64,000 bases of DNA from contig CM074811.1 of the NCBI GenBank assembly GCA_037447605.1, positions 2,294,001 through 2,358,000 on the forward strand. The letters run 5' to 3'. Shown in pieces: positions 1 to 11,856 of the stretch. The notes below the pieces were generated by a model. The model made no database searches, was not told the origin of the DNA, and saw only the letters and a program-made list of their open reading frames with translations. Every line of letters begins with the position of its first letter. Positions within the stretch are counted from its first letter, which is position 1. Position numbers and translations under genes: made by a program. Source of the DNA: Zygnema circumcarinatum SAG 698-1b (taxonomy: Eukaryota; Plantae; Zygnematophyceae).

Positions 1-20
1 CTTAGTTTCAGGTAAGTTAC

Positions 21-1399
21 CTGCTCATAAAAGTAGAGACTATCATTAATCACACTGGCAAGGTCATCTCCAAGCAAACGACGATTCCCTTCTCGCGTAT
101 CCCCACTCCTATGAGCACCGCGCATGTGCCGTCGGCTCTGCGCGCTCCAACAGCAAGCCATTCAACATTATTTTCAAAGGCATTACCGATAATTCTAAGC
201 TAGTGGACATGTGAGACGTGCAGCAAAATGCATATGTTCTTAGGTACTCTATATCGAAACTGCTAGCCCTCTAATCTACCTTTCACCTTCATTATGCAAC
301 TGTCTTTTCACAGCATTTTTCATCACTTTTGGCCCAACCCATCTCTCGCAACTGCGTCATGTTCCGAACGTCCCTTATTGCAGCAACACGCTGGGCATGA
401 ATGCTATGCTGCTCATTGTTATAGCGTGCCAGTGCAGGCCTGTCAGCACATCACATGCTGCTACAAGCACAGCACATCTCGCTATCAGCACATCACATCT
501 TGCTACAAGCAGCAGACAGCCATCGAAGTTGGTGGACAAGGCAACAATCAGGTGACCCTGTTTCCGCTAGTGTCACGTCACTCTGCTGGCCAGTCGTGAA
601 CCAGTGACAGCAGCCACTACCCATAACCCGCCTATTCCTGTTTGGCCTCTTCCAGCTATCCATTAACTACTCAAATGTGAGGAGTCCTGTAACAAAATCA
701 CTCACAAGTGAGCAACTAAAAGCCCATAAACCTAAACCAGGAGTGCGACTACTATTTGTTGCCTAGCCGTTGTCTATGGCCATAATCACTGGCCTCACTA
801 ACCTAAGTGGCTGAGTTCATCTCCACTGTCAGAGTCCATTTCATCTATAGCTACCATCACCTTCATGAAGATAGACAACCGAGCTAGACAGATGACCTCT
901 AACGGTGGATTCCCTTCAGGACATCAACGCGGCAATGGCCATTTTTAAAAGCCAATCATCCCCACTGTTGTACTTTCCTCCAATTTTGCGGCTAATTATT
1001 TTTTGACAGAAAATGACAAGTTCGAACCATAAAAGTAAGAACTTTTGTAAACACGCCACAAACGAACACACAGCTGCTAAACAGAACGATGCTGCTATAA
1101 TCAGCACCTGTGTGACGATGTACAGCCGCCTTGTCTTCGCGTCTCCAAAGTCAGAATCGTCATCTGTAGTTTCCTCCCTCCTGTTTGTACAACGATACTC
1201 ACTGGTCAATCTTCAGCTGATTGTTGCTTTTCCGGTCAACTACCACAATTTTCTTTCAAGTAGCATGGCAGACATATCTGATCAAGCCCGTGGCATGTGC
1301 TCATCACCTCGCTTAAGCTGGTTAGTTGCAAATAGGGAAAATTTAGCCCTTGCAGGAACCAAGCCCTTGACGAAGTTCCATTTTTGCGCATATACAGAC

Positions 1400-1456
<57 letters not shown>

Positions 1457-4400
1457 AAGAAAGACAGACAGAGAGGGACAGAGAGAGAGTGGTTTCCACC
1501 ATGTTCCACGTACCGTCTGTCAGTCTCACCTTCACCAAAAGAATAGAGAGCAATATGTGACTTACAGTTTTGTCACAGCGTGCAACGCCGGGCGTAGCTC
1601 AAGCTCTTCATCTAACTGAAAGGTATCCTCTGCTTCACTTCTATTGCCGGATGCATGAGCCTGTGATTGGGATGCAAAAGCAGCACTGAGTCCTCCTGTA
1701 TCTGCTGCAAGTCGTGACCCTTGCGGTCGCTTTACTGAGCCGCTGCGCCTCTTTAAGGAATTTCGCAGTGATGGGCCCTCTGTATCAGTTTCATCATCTG
1801 CCATAACCCCAATATCAATTTCTGTGTCCCGATGTGTTGTTTTATCTGTCCTATCAACACGCAACCGTGACGAAACCGGAGTCATTGGAGCCTCCTTCCA
1901 GCCCTCGTTCATGTCTCCAGCTTTCATGTCTGTGCCATCACAGGCAGCTTCCACCAGCTTAGGACCCTCCCGATCTGCTACCAAAATCTCTGAATTCATG
2001 ATACCCTTTAATTCTGTATTAATTCCTGCAGATTGCTGCAAATCTGATCCACTATTCTCACTTCTTGCCCCAATCTCACTGTCATTTCCTTCCAAGTTCC
2101 TAACACCCTCTCCCCTTTCACCCATTACGCGCTCACTGTGTTCCACAGCGGTGACTAATACCTCTGTTTCGCACTTGGCAGGGGCTTCCCCTTTGAATGC
2201 TGCTGACAGTGGCTCGTCAGTACGACTGACTTGGCTCTGCTCTTGTCCTTCACTTAAACCTACCGCATTATCTCCGGGATCTTGCAGCTGACCTTCAGGT
2301 TCTCTACCTTTATTTCGGCCAACTGCCAAAGGCATTCCAGATGATTCTATCCTTGTATCTCTAGCATCATTTGCTGCTAGAGTCTTTTCTTCATCAGCTG
2401 TCCCATCTCCTCCTCCTAAAATCCCACCGGATGATCTACCTTCCGCTGAGGCCTCCGCACTTTCTGTTTCTGCCCGAGTCTTATCTTGCACGAGTTCTTC
2501 AGACACACCCCTATTCTCCGTCTCTCTGACCTTAAGTCCTCCTGCTACCTCTCCTTCATTATTCCCATCCCTCTCAGCTACAGCATTGCCTGTAACTTCC
2601 GCTTTCTCTGATACACCTTTAGCATCATGTCTTCCATCAAAGTCCAATGTTGACGGAGGATGAGCCGCAAGAAGTGTAGGAGGTAACAGCCATTTGGCCC
2701 AATCATCCAGCCTGCGAATCTTGTCCTCCTGCACGCCATGTCTCGTTTCCAAAAACGAATCAGCAGACAAACAAAATCGTTTGAGAGGCGACTGCTTTGA
2801 GGTCCCACTTACACAAAACCAGACCGTGCAGAAATAGTGTAAAAATCGGAGCAGAAAAAAACTATCAACCAGGCCAAAAATGCAAGACTTGGCTGAAACT
2901 CCCGAAGTCCCCCTAAAGACAAGAATTAAAATTTCACCAAAAAAGCTATCAGGGGACTTTGTGACAAAGCTCCAAGCATCCTCAACATGCAAAATTATAT
3001 ATATAGAGGATAAGAATAAGTAAAAGATGTGAAACGATAATAAGGAGAAGACCGGTAATTGCCGCACTCCAAAGGAAGGAGACAGCAATTACAGTTGCCT
3101 ACACAATCGCTAAACAGCTCGTGCATGCAAGACATCCCTTATTTCTTCCAATAAGATTTCAAAAAGAGGGAAAGAGTCCCCAAATGTTCCACATAATTTC
3201 TGTAACTTGCTTCTAACAAAAAAAAAGATGATTAGAATGGTAATCAATAGTACTGACCAAACACCATAACTGCGGCCTTAGCTGTTAAAAAAATCCGCCA
3301 ACTACGAGCTTCTATTGGCAACAAGTCCACTTTACTTCCTGCTATCGCAACTGATTTTCCGAAGTAGCCACAAAATCCAGGACGAGCAATAAGCCTTGGA
3401 GATGCATCAAGACTGAAATGGAAGTTTACGCCCCATATGCATCACCTGGACTTCAACAACCGTGGAATCTTGAAGTGCTTCAATAATCATAGAAGGATCT
3501 GCTGTCATCATCTTCACCTGTGAATGCGCATCCCCCCACATTGTCTGCCTTACATCAGCATATCTTCCAGAAGCTAAGTGTGGCCAAAAAAATTCTTGCT
3601 AATCCTCATGTTTCCCTGGAGATAGTACTTCAGCTGGGCTGCCTGCCCTCACCCGATTGAACGCCGCAATAACAGTCACAGGGATGAATCCTTCATCATC
3701 CATCTTGGACCGCAGGAAAATATCCCGACAGAGGTTTTCTATGCTGGTCACCCATCAGCACCCGGAACAAACCCGTCAAGTGCCAGCACTTCCTTGAAAG
3801 CTCCTCCTGGGCTTCTTTACCCCCAAACAAAGTCTCCTTGAACTTAACTCGTTCCACCTAGCAAAACAAAAACAGCTAATCTGCATCTCCAGAAACTCGT
3901 TCATTCATCTGCTTGATTAGACCATATTCTGCCAAACGGCTACACATGCCCTGCTGTTCTGCAATGGGGAACTAAATAGAATCATTTTTTTGGGTTTTGT
4001 GGACTAAACTCTCAGAAGCTCGACTCGCAGGGTCTCTTCCAGTCCCAAAATTTATCAAATAACTCGACTTCACTTCTACCTCCGAAAAGTCGTATGACAC
4101 GCTTACAACTAGGAAATGAGCTTAAATGGGCTCCTCGCATTTGCAGCCTAACGCGTCAGAAACCCACAATTTTCTCTTGGAGCCTGGCTGCCTACCATGG
4201 AAACCAACTTGCCTGAAATAGTATTCAATCTGTTTCGCAATCATTGCTCGTAGAGGAGTTGATCCATCGCCTGCTCCTGGGAGCATAGTGGTTGCAGGGT
4301 ATGGCGCAAAAAAGGTGGCCCCCCCTGTCCCTCTGCCCGCGCCTGGTGCTATATCTACGGTTCCAGCTGGTACAAAATACATAGCAGGAGCCCCTGTCAA

Positions 4401-7400
4401 TACCCACGTCCCATTCACGTCCAGTGAGACGAATTCTAGACACAAACTTCTCACTTATTCTATCCCCGTAGCCATTTCATTGCTAGCCCGTAATTGAGGC
4501 AGCCTGCTTAGCCTTCCTTAGTCTTTGGACGATGTGAACTAAGAAATGTCTGCAAAATCATAGAATGGCACATTCGTCTCTCAACTTCAGCTATCTTGCA
4601 GGCGTTTCAATGAAACGTATTTTCGTCTCTGCAACTCCTACATCTGAAATACCCGGGTTCACGTCTTCATTCATATATACAACCAAAGAAGCAGCTTTCA
4701 TGCCATCAAACTATACATGGAGTCGAAGTAAAGTCAGTCCTGACTCTCCTCTTTGCTAAGTTTTAACACGCATCGTCAACATCAACTTTCGTGACAGTCA
4801 TAGCAAACCGCTAGAAACGTCTTCAACAAAGCCCCATGGAACTCTCAGACTTACGTTCTCGTTGGATTCGGAAATAAACACAAGCCACAATTTCCGTGAC
4901 TTTTCTAATGGAATCAAACACCATGAATGCAGCAATAATCGCCTCCTAGGCACATCCAAAAACAACCTTCTCGGGATCACCTTGCAGTTCCACGATTGCA
5001 CAAAATCACAAAATCACAAAATCAAGTACATTTATTTAGTCCCACAGATGCCATTAACTTTATCCCTCCCAAGGAAAAGCCTCTTCTGCCTTTCAGTGAT
5101 AGCAGAACAAGTATCTACGACCTTCGTTCGATCTTGTAGCGCATGGGCCTTTACCTACAAGTTAAGACCAAAGCACAAGACTTCGCTATTCGCTGTGGCA
5201 GATGTTCACTACTTACTCTCTAGCACTAGTACCAAGTAGACTTCAGCAGAATCTGTTTCCCTATCCCTTGTTGACCTATGTTTTACATCCCTTGTACTTC
5301 TCAAACATTCGCGTATCCTGATTCACACATCACTCCGTACCATGGTCCAATAGACGTCAAAGATCTAGACTTACCTCCAAACCTGGCTTGTTTCAGGAAA
5401 GCCCAGGGGAATTCTTTGAGCATTCACGCTCCTGACTTAATGTTTGAGAAGTAGAAAGAATACGACAATAACAAAACTGACTTTGTCCATTAATTGCCCA
5501 TCAACACTCGTCAGCCAAAACAAGTTCTCAGGAGGCTCACTTCAGTGGTAGCATTCCTCACCTAGTGCCTCAAGATAGGTAGGGAATAAGGTCCAATAAC
5601 AGGTTATTCTATCTAATCAACGGACTAACCATCTCCTTTAATCGCCAAAGATTCAGCGGCGCGAGTCAAAAGCATCCTTGAAATGTGCTCAACCTCATTG
5701 ACGCCCCTTGAGCCTAAACACCGGGGATTGCCTTCAAGTTCTAACTGCATTGGCAACAATATCATGGCCACATTGCAAAGCGATAAAGACATTGCCATGA
5801 ATATTCGAGAGTTTCCTGCGTTTTTTGCTTGAATAAGACTAGCCTCCCTTCAGAAACATTACCGCAAAAGAAAGAAGCGGGGAAAGGCCTTGCCTGGAGC
5901 TGCTCCAAAAGCTGCTGGTTGCCCAACTCCAAACGTATTACCCTGTCTCTTATAGCTGTTTCTCCCGGCTCCGCGTCCCCCACCTACGCCCTCCATTGGC
6001 ACTGCACCATTTGCAGAAGGTCCTGCGCCTCTTGCAACACCTTGGGGAAAGTTGCGGTTTACCCACGTTCCCCCAGAGCTACTCCTTCCCTGCTCACGGT
6101 TCCCGGCTCTTCGCCCTCCTTGATTCAGAAAACCAGGCCTCTGACCATGAATTGGCTTCATTGTGCCATTCCTCTCTGGAACATGCCCTGCGTTCCTTAC
6201 GACAGCTTGGCCTTCCCCACCGTTGACCCCTGCCGAAACCTTGCCGGAACTAGCAGCAGGAGCAGCTATGCTCGTATTAGAGGCTGCTTCTGTACCAACT
6301 GATGTTGTTTGCGACGGCGTAGCAGTATGATGCAAAGGAACCACTCGTGCTTTGGAGCCCGCCTTCGGCCTCACCGCTTGGCTTGATTCACCAGATGTTC
6401 CATTCACCACTATCCTCTGGGGTTGCGTCGCTTGCCAGACCTGGTCGAAGACACACAAGAATAAGGTTCACCCATTGGACAAAATAATAAGACTTCCGAG
6501 AGACAAAAGAACCTGCAAGTTTCGCAGGCTAAACACAGCAACCTAACGACAAATTCATGTCCCACTCTGTGCAAGAGAAAGGTGTCACGATTTAGCTGCC
6601 TGCATAGACTCTTTTCGATTCCGAAAAAATAAGGTTCCAGAAATTATTCGTTCGACAGAATCTCAGAAATGAACTAGTAGCAGCTAGTGTACAAGTTCTC
6701 TCCCTTCAAACATTCATTTGATCTGCATTTTGCCCTTATCAATGTCACATCCAAAACCATCTGCAGCCACACAAGCCTAAAGAAACTCGACCTAATGGAC
6801 CTGGTAGCAAACCTGTTCTGTAGCTCCCCCTGGTCCCTTTGCATCATCCTGCTTCTGGCGGGCTTCTGCCAGTGCTGGCCATGCGACTGCTCCGCCCATA
6901 ACAGCGGAGTTGGCAGCCTTTAATACCGCAGCAACGGGTTTTGACCAAGCAGGTTTCGAAGGCTTCGAAGTTTCCTTGACACCGGCAGCATCTACATCTC
7001 GCTTGTTGTTGTCAGCCTTGATTGTCTGCACTGGCTGGCCTGCTGTTATTTTGCTACTGTCGTCTCCTCCTCCAGCCTTTGAGTCGTTGCTTCCTGCCAC
7101 CACAGCCGGTTTCTTCTTGCCTTCTCCTGGGCCTTCAGAGTGTGCCTGCTTGCCCCCTTTTCCACCAGCATGCCTGCCACCGCCACTGTGTCCATGAGAT
7201 TTCCCTCCACCAACCCCCATATTGCCTCCTCGCTGACTTCCGGCGCCACTAGCCCTATGTTGACCAACAGAAGCCGAAAAACCCTGGGCTGGACCTTTTG
7301 AGCCCTGAGCTCCTGCGGGGCCACTACCAGCAGCAACACGGTTGTTAGTGCGTGTATGAGGCGGTCTCTGATCACTTTCAAGACCGTCAGTCGATGCAGG

Positions 7401-7898
7401 CACTGACACCTGGTTACCCTCTGCGCTGGCTGCGCTTAAGGGGGGAGTTGGTCCTACATCTAATGAAGTCACCCGAGCTTTTGACGGGTCTGACTTCACC
7501 ACTTGAGACCAGGCCCCTCTCGGCCGCATAGCGCTTCCTGCCTCAGTGCTCGGCTTCTTTTGGCCCTCCAGTGCTTCACTCGAGGCCCTCTGGCTTCCAG
7601 ATAATGCAGATGATGTGCTTGCTACAGGAGTCAAGTCCTGTCCTGCTGCTGGATGAGGATCAGCATCCTTCTCAGCACTAGCAACATCTCCAGAAACTAC
7701 AGCTGGCGGCTTCTCAGATGCTCCTGAAACTGAACTCTGAGGCTCGCCAGCTGGCAGGTCAGCGGTAGCAGGCGCAGACGGCGTCGAGGTTGGCACTGGC
7801 GCTGGTGCTGGTGCTGGTGCTGGTGCTGGTGCTGGCGCTGGTGCTGGTGCTGCCACTGCATCTGCAGCAGAGCCCTCGTCACTGGCACAAGACGCCAT
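21..7898 (-). CDS. LARP1: La-related protein 1 (LARP1 family), multi-exon, 3' end beyond the left window edge. Exons: 7898-6813, 6440-~5941 (donor uncertain), 4393-4213, 3743-3653, 3517-3446, 2728-1566, 1180-1108, 137-21
   Basis: The spliced La motif reads [14 protein letters not shown]|[30 protein letters not shown]|[24 protein letters not shown]|[13 protein letters not shown]. Plant LARP1 motifs [36 protein letters not shown] and [15 protein letters not shown] are present. Exon phases are consistent. Confidence 0.92.
1395..1489 (+). repeat. (GA)n/(GACA)n/(GAAA)n compound microsatellite in a LARP1 intron
   Basis: Direct read of a long gagaga run with gaca/gaaa flanks. Confidence 0.95.
7791..7853 (-). 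repeat. (GCTGGT)n hexamer repeat encoding an (Ala-Pro)n tract near the LARP1 N-terminus
   Basis: gctggtgctggt... on the + strand; translates as APAPAPAP in ORF 6792-7898. Confidence 0.9.
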
Positions 7899-8179
7899 GG
7901 AACCCTAAAAGGTTCCGAGCAGCAGCCTCAGCTCCTCACTCACCTCAAGCCCTCCACCCGTCTCCCCCACCCAGGCGATGTCCCTCCCTCGCCCTAACCC
8001 ACCCCTCTCGGCAAGCTAGTCGCGCCAGTCGCACGCAGCGCGGCGGAGGGCGGAAGCCATAGCCCGCAGTGGGTGCCGGCCGCCGCGAAAGAGGGCGGCT
8101 GGGTTGCAGAGTCCCCCTATAAAAAGCGCTTGCGCTGGGCGGGCCCCGGCCTTAGATTCCCCCAACGGAAGATTCGGCT

Positions 8180-8205
8180 CCGGCCCGGCCCGGCCCGGCC
8201 CGGCC
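8180..8205. promoter_or_regulatory. (CCGGC)n GGCCC-rich tract about 300 bp upstream of the LARP1 ATG (site II/TCP-like)
   Basis: ccggcccggcccggcccggcccggcc read directly; a similar ccgggccgggccgg lies near 29216-29230, upstream of another gene. Function is inferred. Confidence 0.35.
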
Positions 8206-8653
8206 TCCGCGCGGCGGATGAGGGAGGCGGGCGGGATTCTTTTGCGGATTGCTGATTGCGTGCGAGCCAGGCGTCCCTCCTTACCTCCCTCCGTCCCTCC
8301 CTGGCTGGCTGGCTGGCTTAGGGCGAGGGGATAAGGGCGGGGGAGGGGGCAGGGGCAGGGGAGTTTGAGCGAGAGACCGCCTTCATCTTCAACTTCAACT
8401 AGCTGTTATTTTTTTAAATTTAAGGATAGGTTTGGTTTTGGAGAGGCTGTTAGGGTTGCGTGGAGTTCGTGATTTTCTCTCCGTGTTTTGGTTAACGTGA
8501 TCTGTATGCTATTTGTAATGTAATGCATGTGTTGAGTGTGTTCCGGTTTGGCTGTTTTCCTCGCAGGATATTGTTGTCAGTTATGAAATATTTCACATAG
8601 GTGACAAGCCATGCAGTGAGCAAATGCTTGGGAACGTCAATATTGAGACGCTT

Positions 8654-11122
8654 TCACTTGTCAAGTTTAGTTTCACTGCTTTTAGTGAGGCCGCCTTCCT
8701 GGTCCACCTGCCTGCGAGGCTTGGCTGGGCGAATAGGCATCCACTCAGGCCAGCTCCAATCAGCCATCCACACTAAGCCATCGCCTGAGTTCCCCTTGGA
8801 GTTGTCTCCATTCACTCTCCCCTCCCTGGCTGAAGCTGCAGCTTCCTCCACTCCCTGCTCGTGTCTTGCACGTGCTGCATCAAGCTCTGCAACCGAAGTC
8901 CCTCTTGATCCTTCTACAGCCCAGCCTCTCTGCCCCTTTGTCTCTCCTGCAGCTAACATATTCTCTACTTCGTTTAGCTGCAATTGAGCTGCGATTTGTC
9001 GAAGTCGAAACTCTCTTATCTCAACGGTGACCCATTGGAGACCGGCTCCTGCCATAGCCATGAGAGCGCCAGTGGGCCACGCAGAAGGAGGGCCTCCTGC
9101 AGGGAAGCAATGAGGCACACTGTCTTTCAATGGCAGCGTAGTGCAACTTCAGCAACTTTTTAGTTCAGTAAGAGACGGATGATGAAGGCATACATATGAA
9201 ACAGAGGACCTATTTCGGGCCATGCAATCCTCAGCATGCTGTTTCAAGGACATGTCATGATGTAATTCAAAAGCCTTAAACTTTCGGAGACATCGAAGTA
9301 AACCAATGCAAAAATGCCATTTGAATAAGAGAACAGTCTATTGCTGGGTATTGGTATCCATACGGGACGCCAAATGACTGCTTACTTGATAATATCAGAT
9401 GAGGTCTTGGGAAGACTAGATAGATAGCCATTGCATTATGCCATTTGATCAGTTACCCTATGCAAAAACTGCTTATGAACAGTTAACAGCCTAACTCCTC
9501 AAACAACAGCGGCATTTTGAAAACAGCACTTTGCAAGTGGAGGTAGCCAGACCTGATACAAAGGTTGCATGGAAAGGCAAGGGTCAGAAGTTACCTTTAA
9601 GACGGCCACCTAAGGCCCCAATAACAAACCCGCCAAGGAGTCCATTAACAAGATTATCGGGATGCGAAAAACAAACTTCTCTCACCACCTCCTGCGCTCC
9701 TGAGGTCATCCGCCACAGAAAGGTGACAAACCTCCTAAGGGCTGGCAACTTTAAAAAACGAATCTCGTCCCACAAAGCATTGAATCCTAATTTCAATAAA
9801 TATACTTCGACCGGCATAAACCCCCACGATTTGTTCTGATCGTGTCGGTCATGTACCGAAACTCGTTCATTCTGGTTTAGCGTAGACCAGGCACGGAGGA
9901 GAAGGTAGGGTCTGAGAGAGCTACAAAGAATCTGACCCCTGATGCTGGAGCCTTCCCAAGTATCCTTTGACGCCTGCCAATTCTTTACAGAACAGGCTCA
10001 TATATGTCCGGATACAACTTTAAATGAAAGACCACTTGCCTCCTAAATCTTCTTCAGCGACATGCAAGCGTAAAGATGGCTGTTAAGTGCGGAAAACTGT
10101 GAACGAAAGACAACCGCTTTTGGGCGTAAATGAACAAAAGACTCACCAGCCAAGCAGGCACTGGCCAGAGTTGCGTTGAAAGTCACTGTCGCAGCATATA
10201 CACCCACTCGCTTCCCTCTCACAACAGCGACTGCTGTTCCACCGAGGGCCCCAAAGCACGCTGCATGCGAGGGCCCCATCCACTCAGTTAGGACTGAAAT
10301 ACTGGTGAAGAAGAGAGAGGAAAAAACACAAATCCTCATAGCAAAGACATTGGAAGGGAGAAATAGCGCACACGCTCATGTTGGCAAATTCAAAACAACC
10401 CAGCATTTCTTCAATTTACTTCGATGACCAGAAACATTTCCTTAGTCACCAGACAATTTGTTACTTTGGCGCCATTGCGCCTAGCCACCATACGGCAGGC
10501 ATTAAATCAATCGTCACGGAAGTCAGGAGGATGCAATTTCTACATTGTTGACGTCTTCATCGCTTCCTAGCTAGCGATTGGCTATGGAGCTAACATAAGC
10601 TGTCACCTTCTAATAGAAAATGAGCACCTCACGGCTTACTACAACAGTTAAACGTTTCAGATTTCCTTTCCTTTCCTTTCCGGAACAGTTTTTGACACTT
10701 TTCAAAATTCTAAATCAAAGCCGTGCATTCCTAACTCTCTTGACAACAATAATGGAATCAGGTTGAAGTCTTGAAATCTTCTGCCATTTTTGTTCAATGG
10801 AAAATGAGTTTCCTCTGAAATGAGTCAGTCAAACTTCAAAAAGTGTGCGGAGAAAATCCTCCTCCTCCTCCCTTTTTGCTTGCTGCCTAACCAAAGTTGC
10901 TTGCTTCGTTCGTGACATTATGAACAGTCTAAGATTTCTAACTGAACTCTGCCAAACTAAATTATATTCAGTGACTTTCTCAATACTCCAACATTCAACT
11001 CCGTTCAGACCAAACAAGTTATACGGAGTGCTGCCTCGGCAGACAGAAGCAGCAGAAGCGAAGAGGAGGGGGAGAGATACATACCTCCTGCAGCAGCTTG
11101 CAGCCTCATTCTCTCCTGCCAT
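8654..11122 (-). CDS. PRAT (Tim17/Tim22/Tim23-like) membrane protein, 246 aa, resembling the Arabidopsis At5g63000 type. Exons: 11122-11085, 10301-10147, 9699-9595, 9096-8654
   Basis: Four GT-AG exons join in frame (741 nt). Gly-rich hydrophobic helices AACFGALGGTAVAVV, NATLASACLAGAQEVVR and DNLVNGLLGGFVIGALGGRLKGGP, plus C-terminal WPEWMPIR. Family assignment is from memory, not a search. Confidence 0.75.
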
Positions 11123-11361
11123 CCATCTGCTCCGTCGTAGCCTGTCGGCTTCCTGTGGACGGCCATGCAGGAGACGAAGCACCCCCCTGCTCATGTTCCC
11201 ATGCCTTCCCTTCCCTCTCGCCTTCAAACCCGCCTTCAAAAAATCAAATTCAGTATTCGGAATTCGCCGAATTTGGGATTCGCGAGTTTGGAATTGCGCC
11301 AGTTCGCAGTTCCCCAAAACTTCACGACGCTCTATGCAAATTGGGCTGCGTTTCTGTTACG

Positions 11362-11582
11362 GTACCTCTGTTTCTATGTGCCGGCGAACCAGAATGCCGT
11401 ACATATATGTACGACTATTTGCCACACCGTACGGTATGTACCATACATTCGTACGGATGGTAGGAAAAACTACAGTACCGTATTGTACGGAATGTCTGCC
11501 GTACATCACCAACCATTCCGTACCGACCGTGCTGTACGGGTGAGTGGGGGCGTTGCCGGAGCTGTGCCGAGGTGCTCGTACT
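11362..11582. promoter_or_regulatory. GTAC/CGTAC-rich tract in the divergent promoter between the PRAT gene and ZFPL1
   Basis: 12 GTAC cores counted by eye in about 220 bp. Confidence 0.5.
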
Positions 11583-11856
11583 CCTGCTCCGACTGCTGCT
11601 GCTGCTGCTGCTGCTCTAGTTTGTTCTGGGTGCAGCGCATTCCCCTGCGTGCGGCATTCCATTGTAGCGCTGCCATGCGAGAGGAGAGAGGAGGCTGGAA
11701 GGGTGGAAGCTGTCGCAGTCAGGAGCAGGGGTTGCTGTGCCTTCTATTTATTGCAGATAAAGGGATTTCGGTGTTAGATTAGGAGGGAAGAGGAAGGAGT
11801 ATTGTCAGAGAGGCGCAACAGGTGGCGGTAGAGGCTGGTGACTCTGGCGCTTCCAG

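Noticed and set aside
8113-8126. TATAAAAAG on the + strand near the LARP1 promoter
   Set aside because: It points away from LARP1 and no supported + strand gene follows; an antisense transcript cannot be shown from sequence alone.
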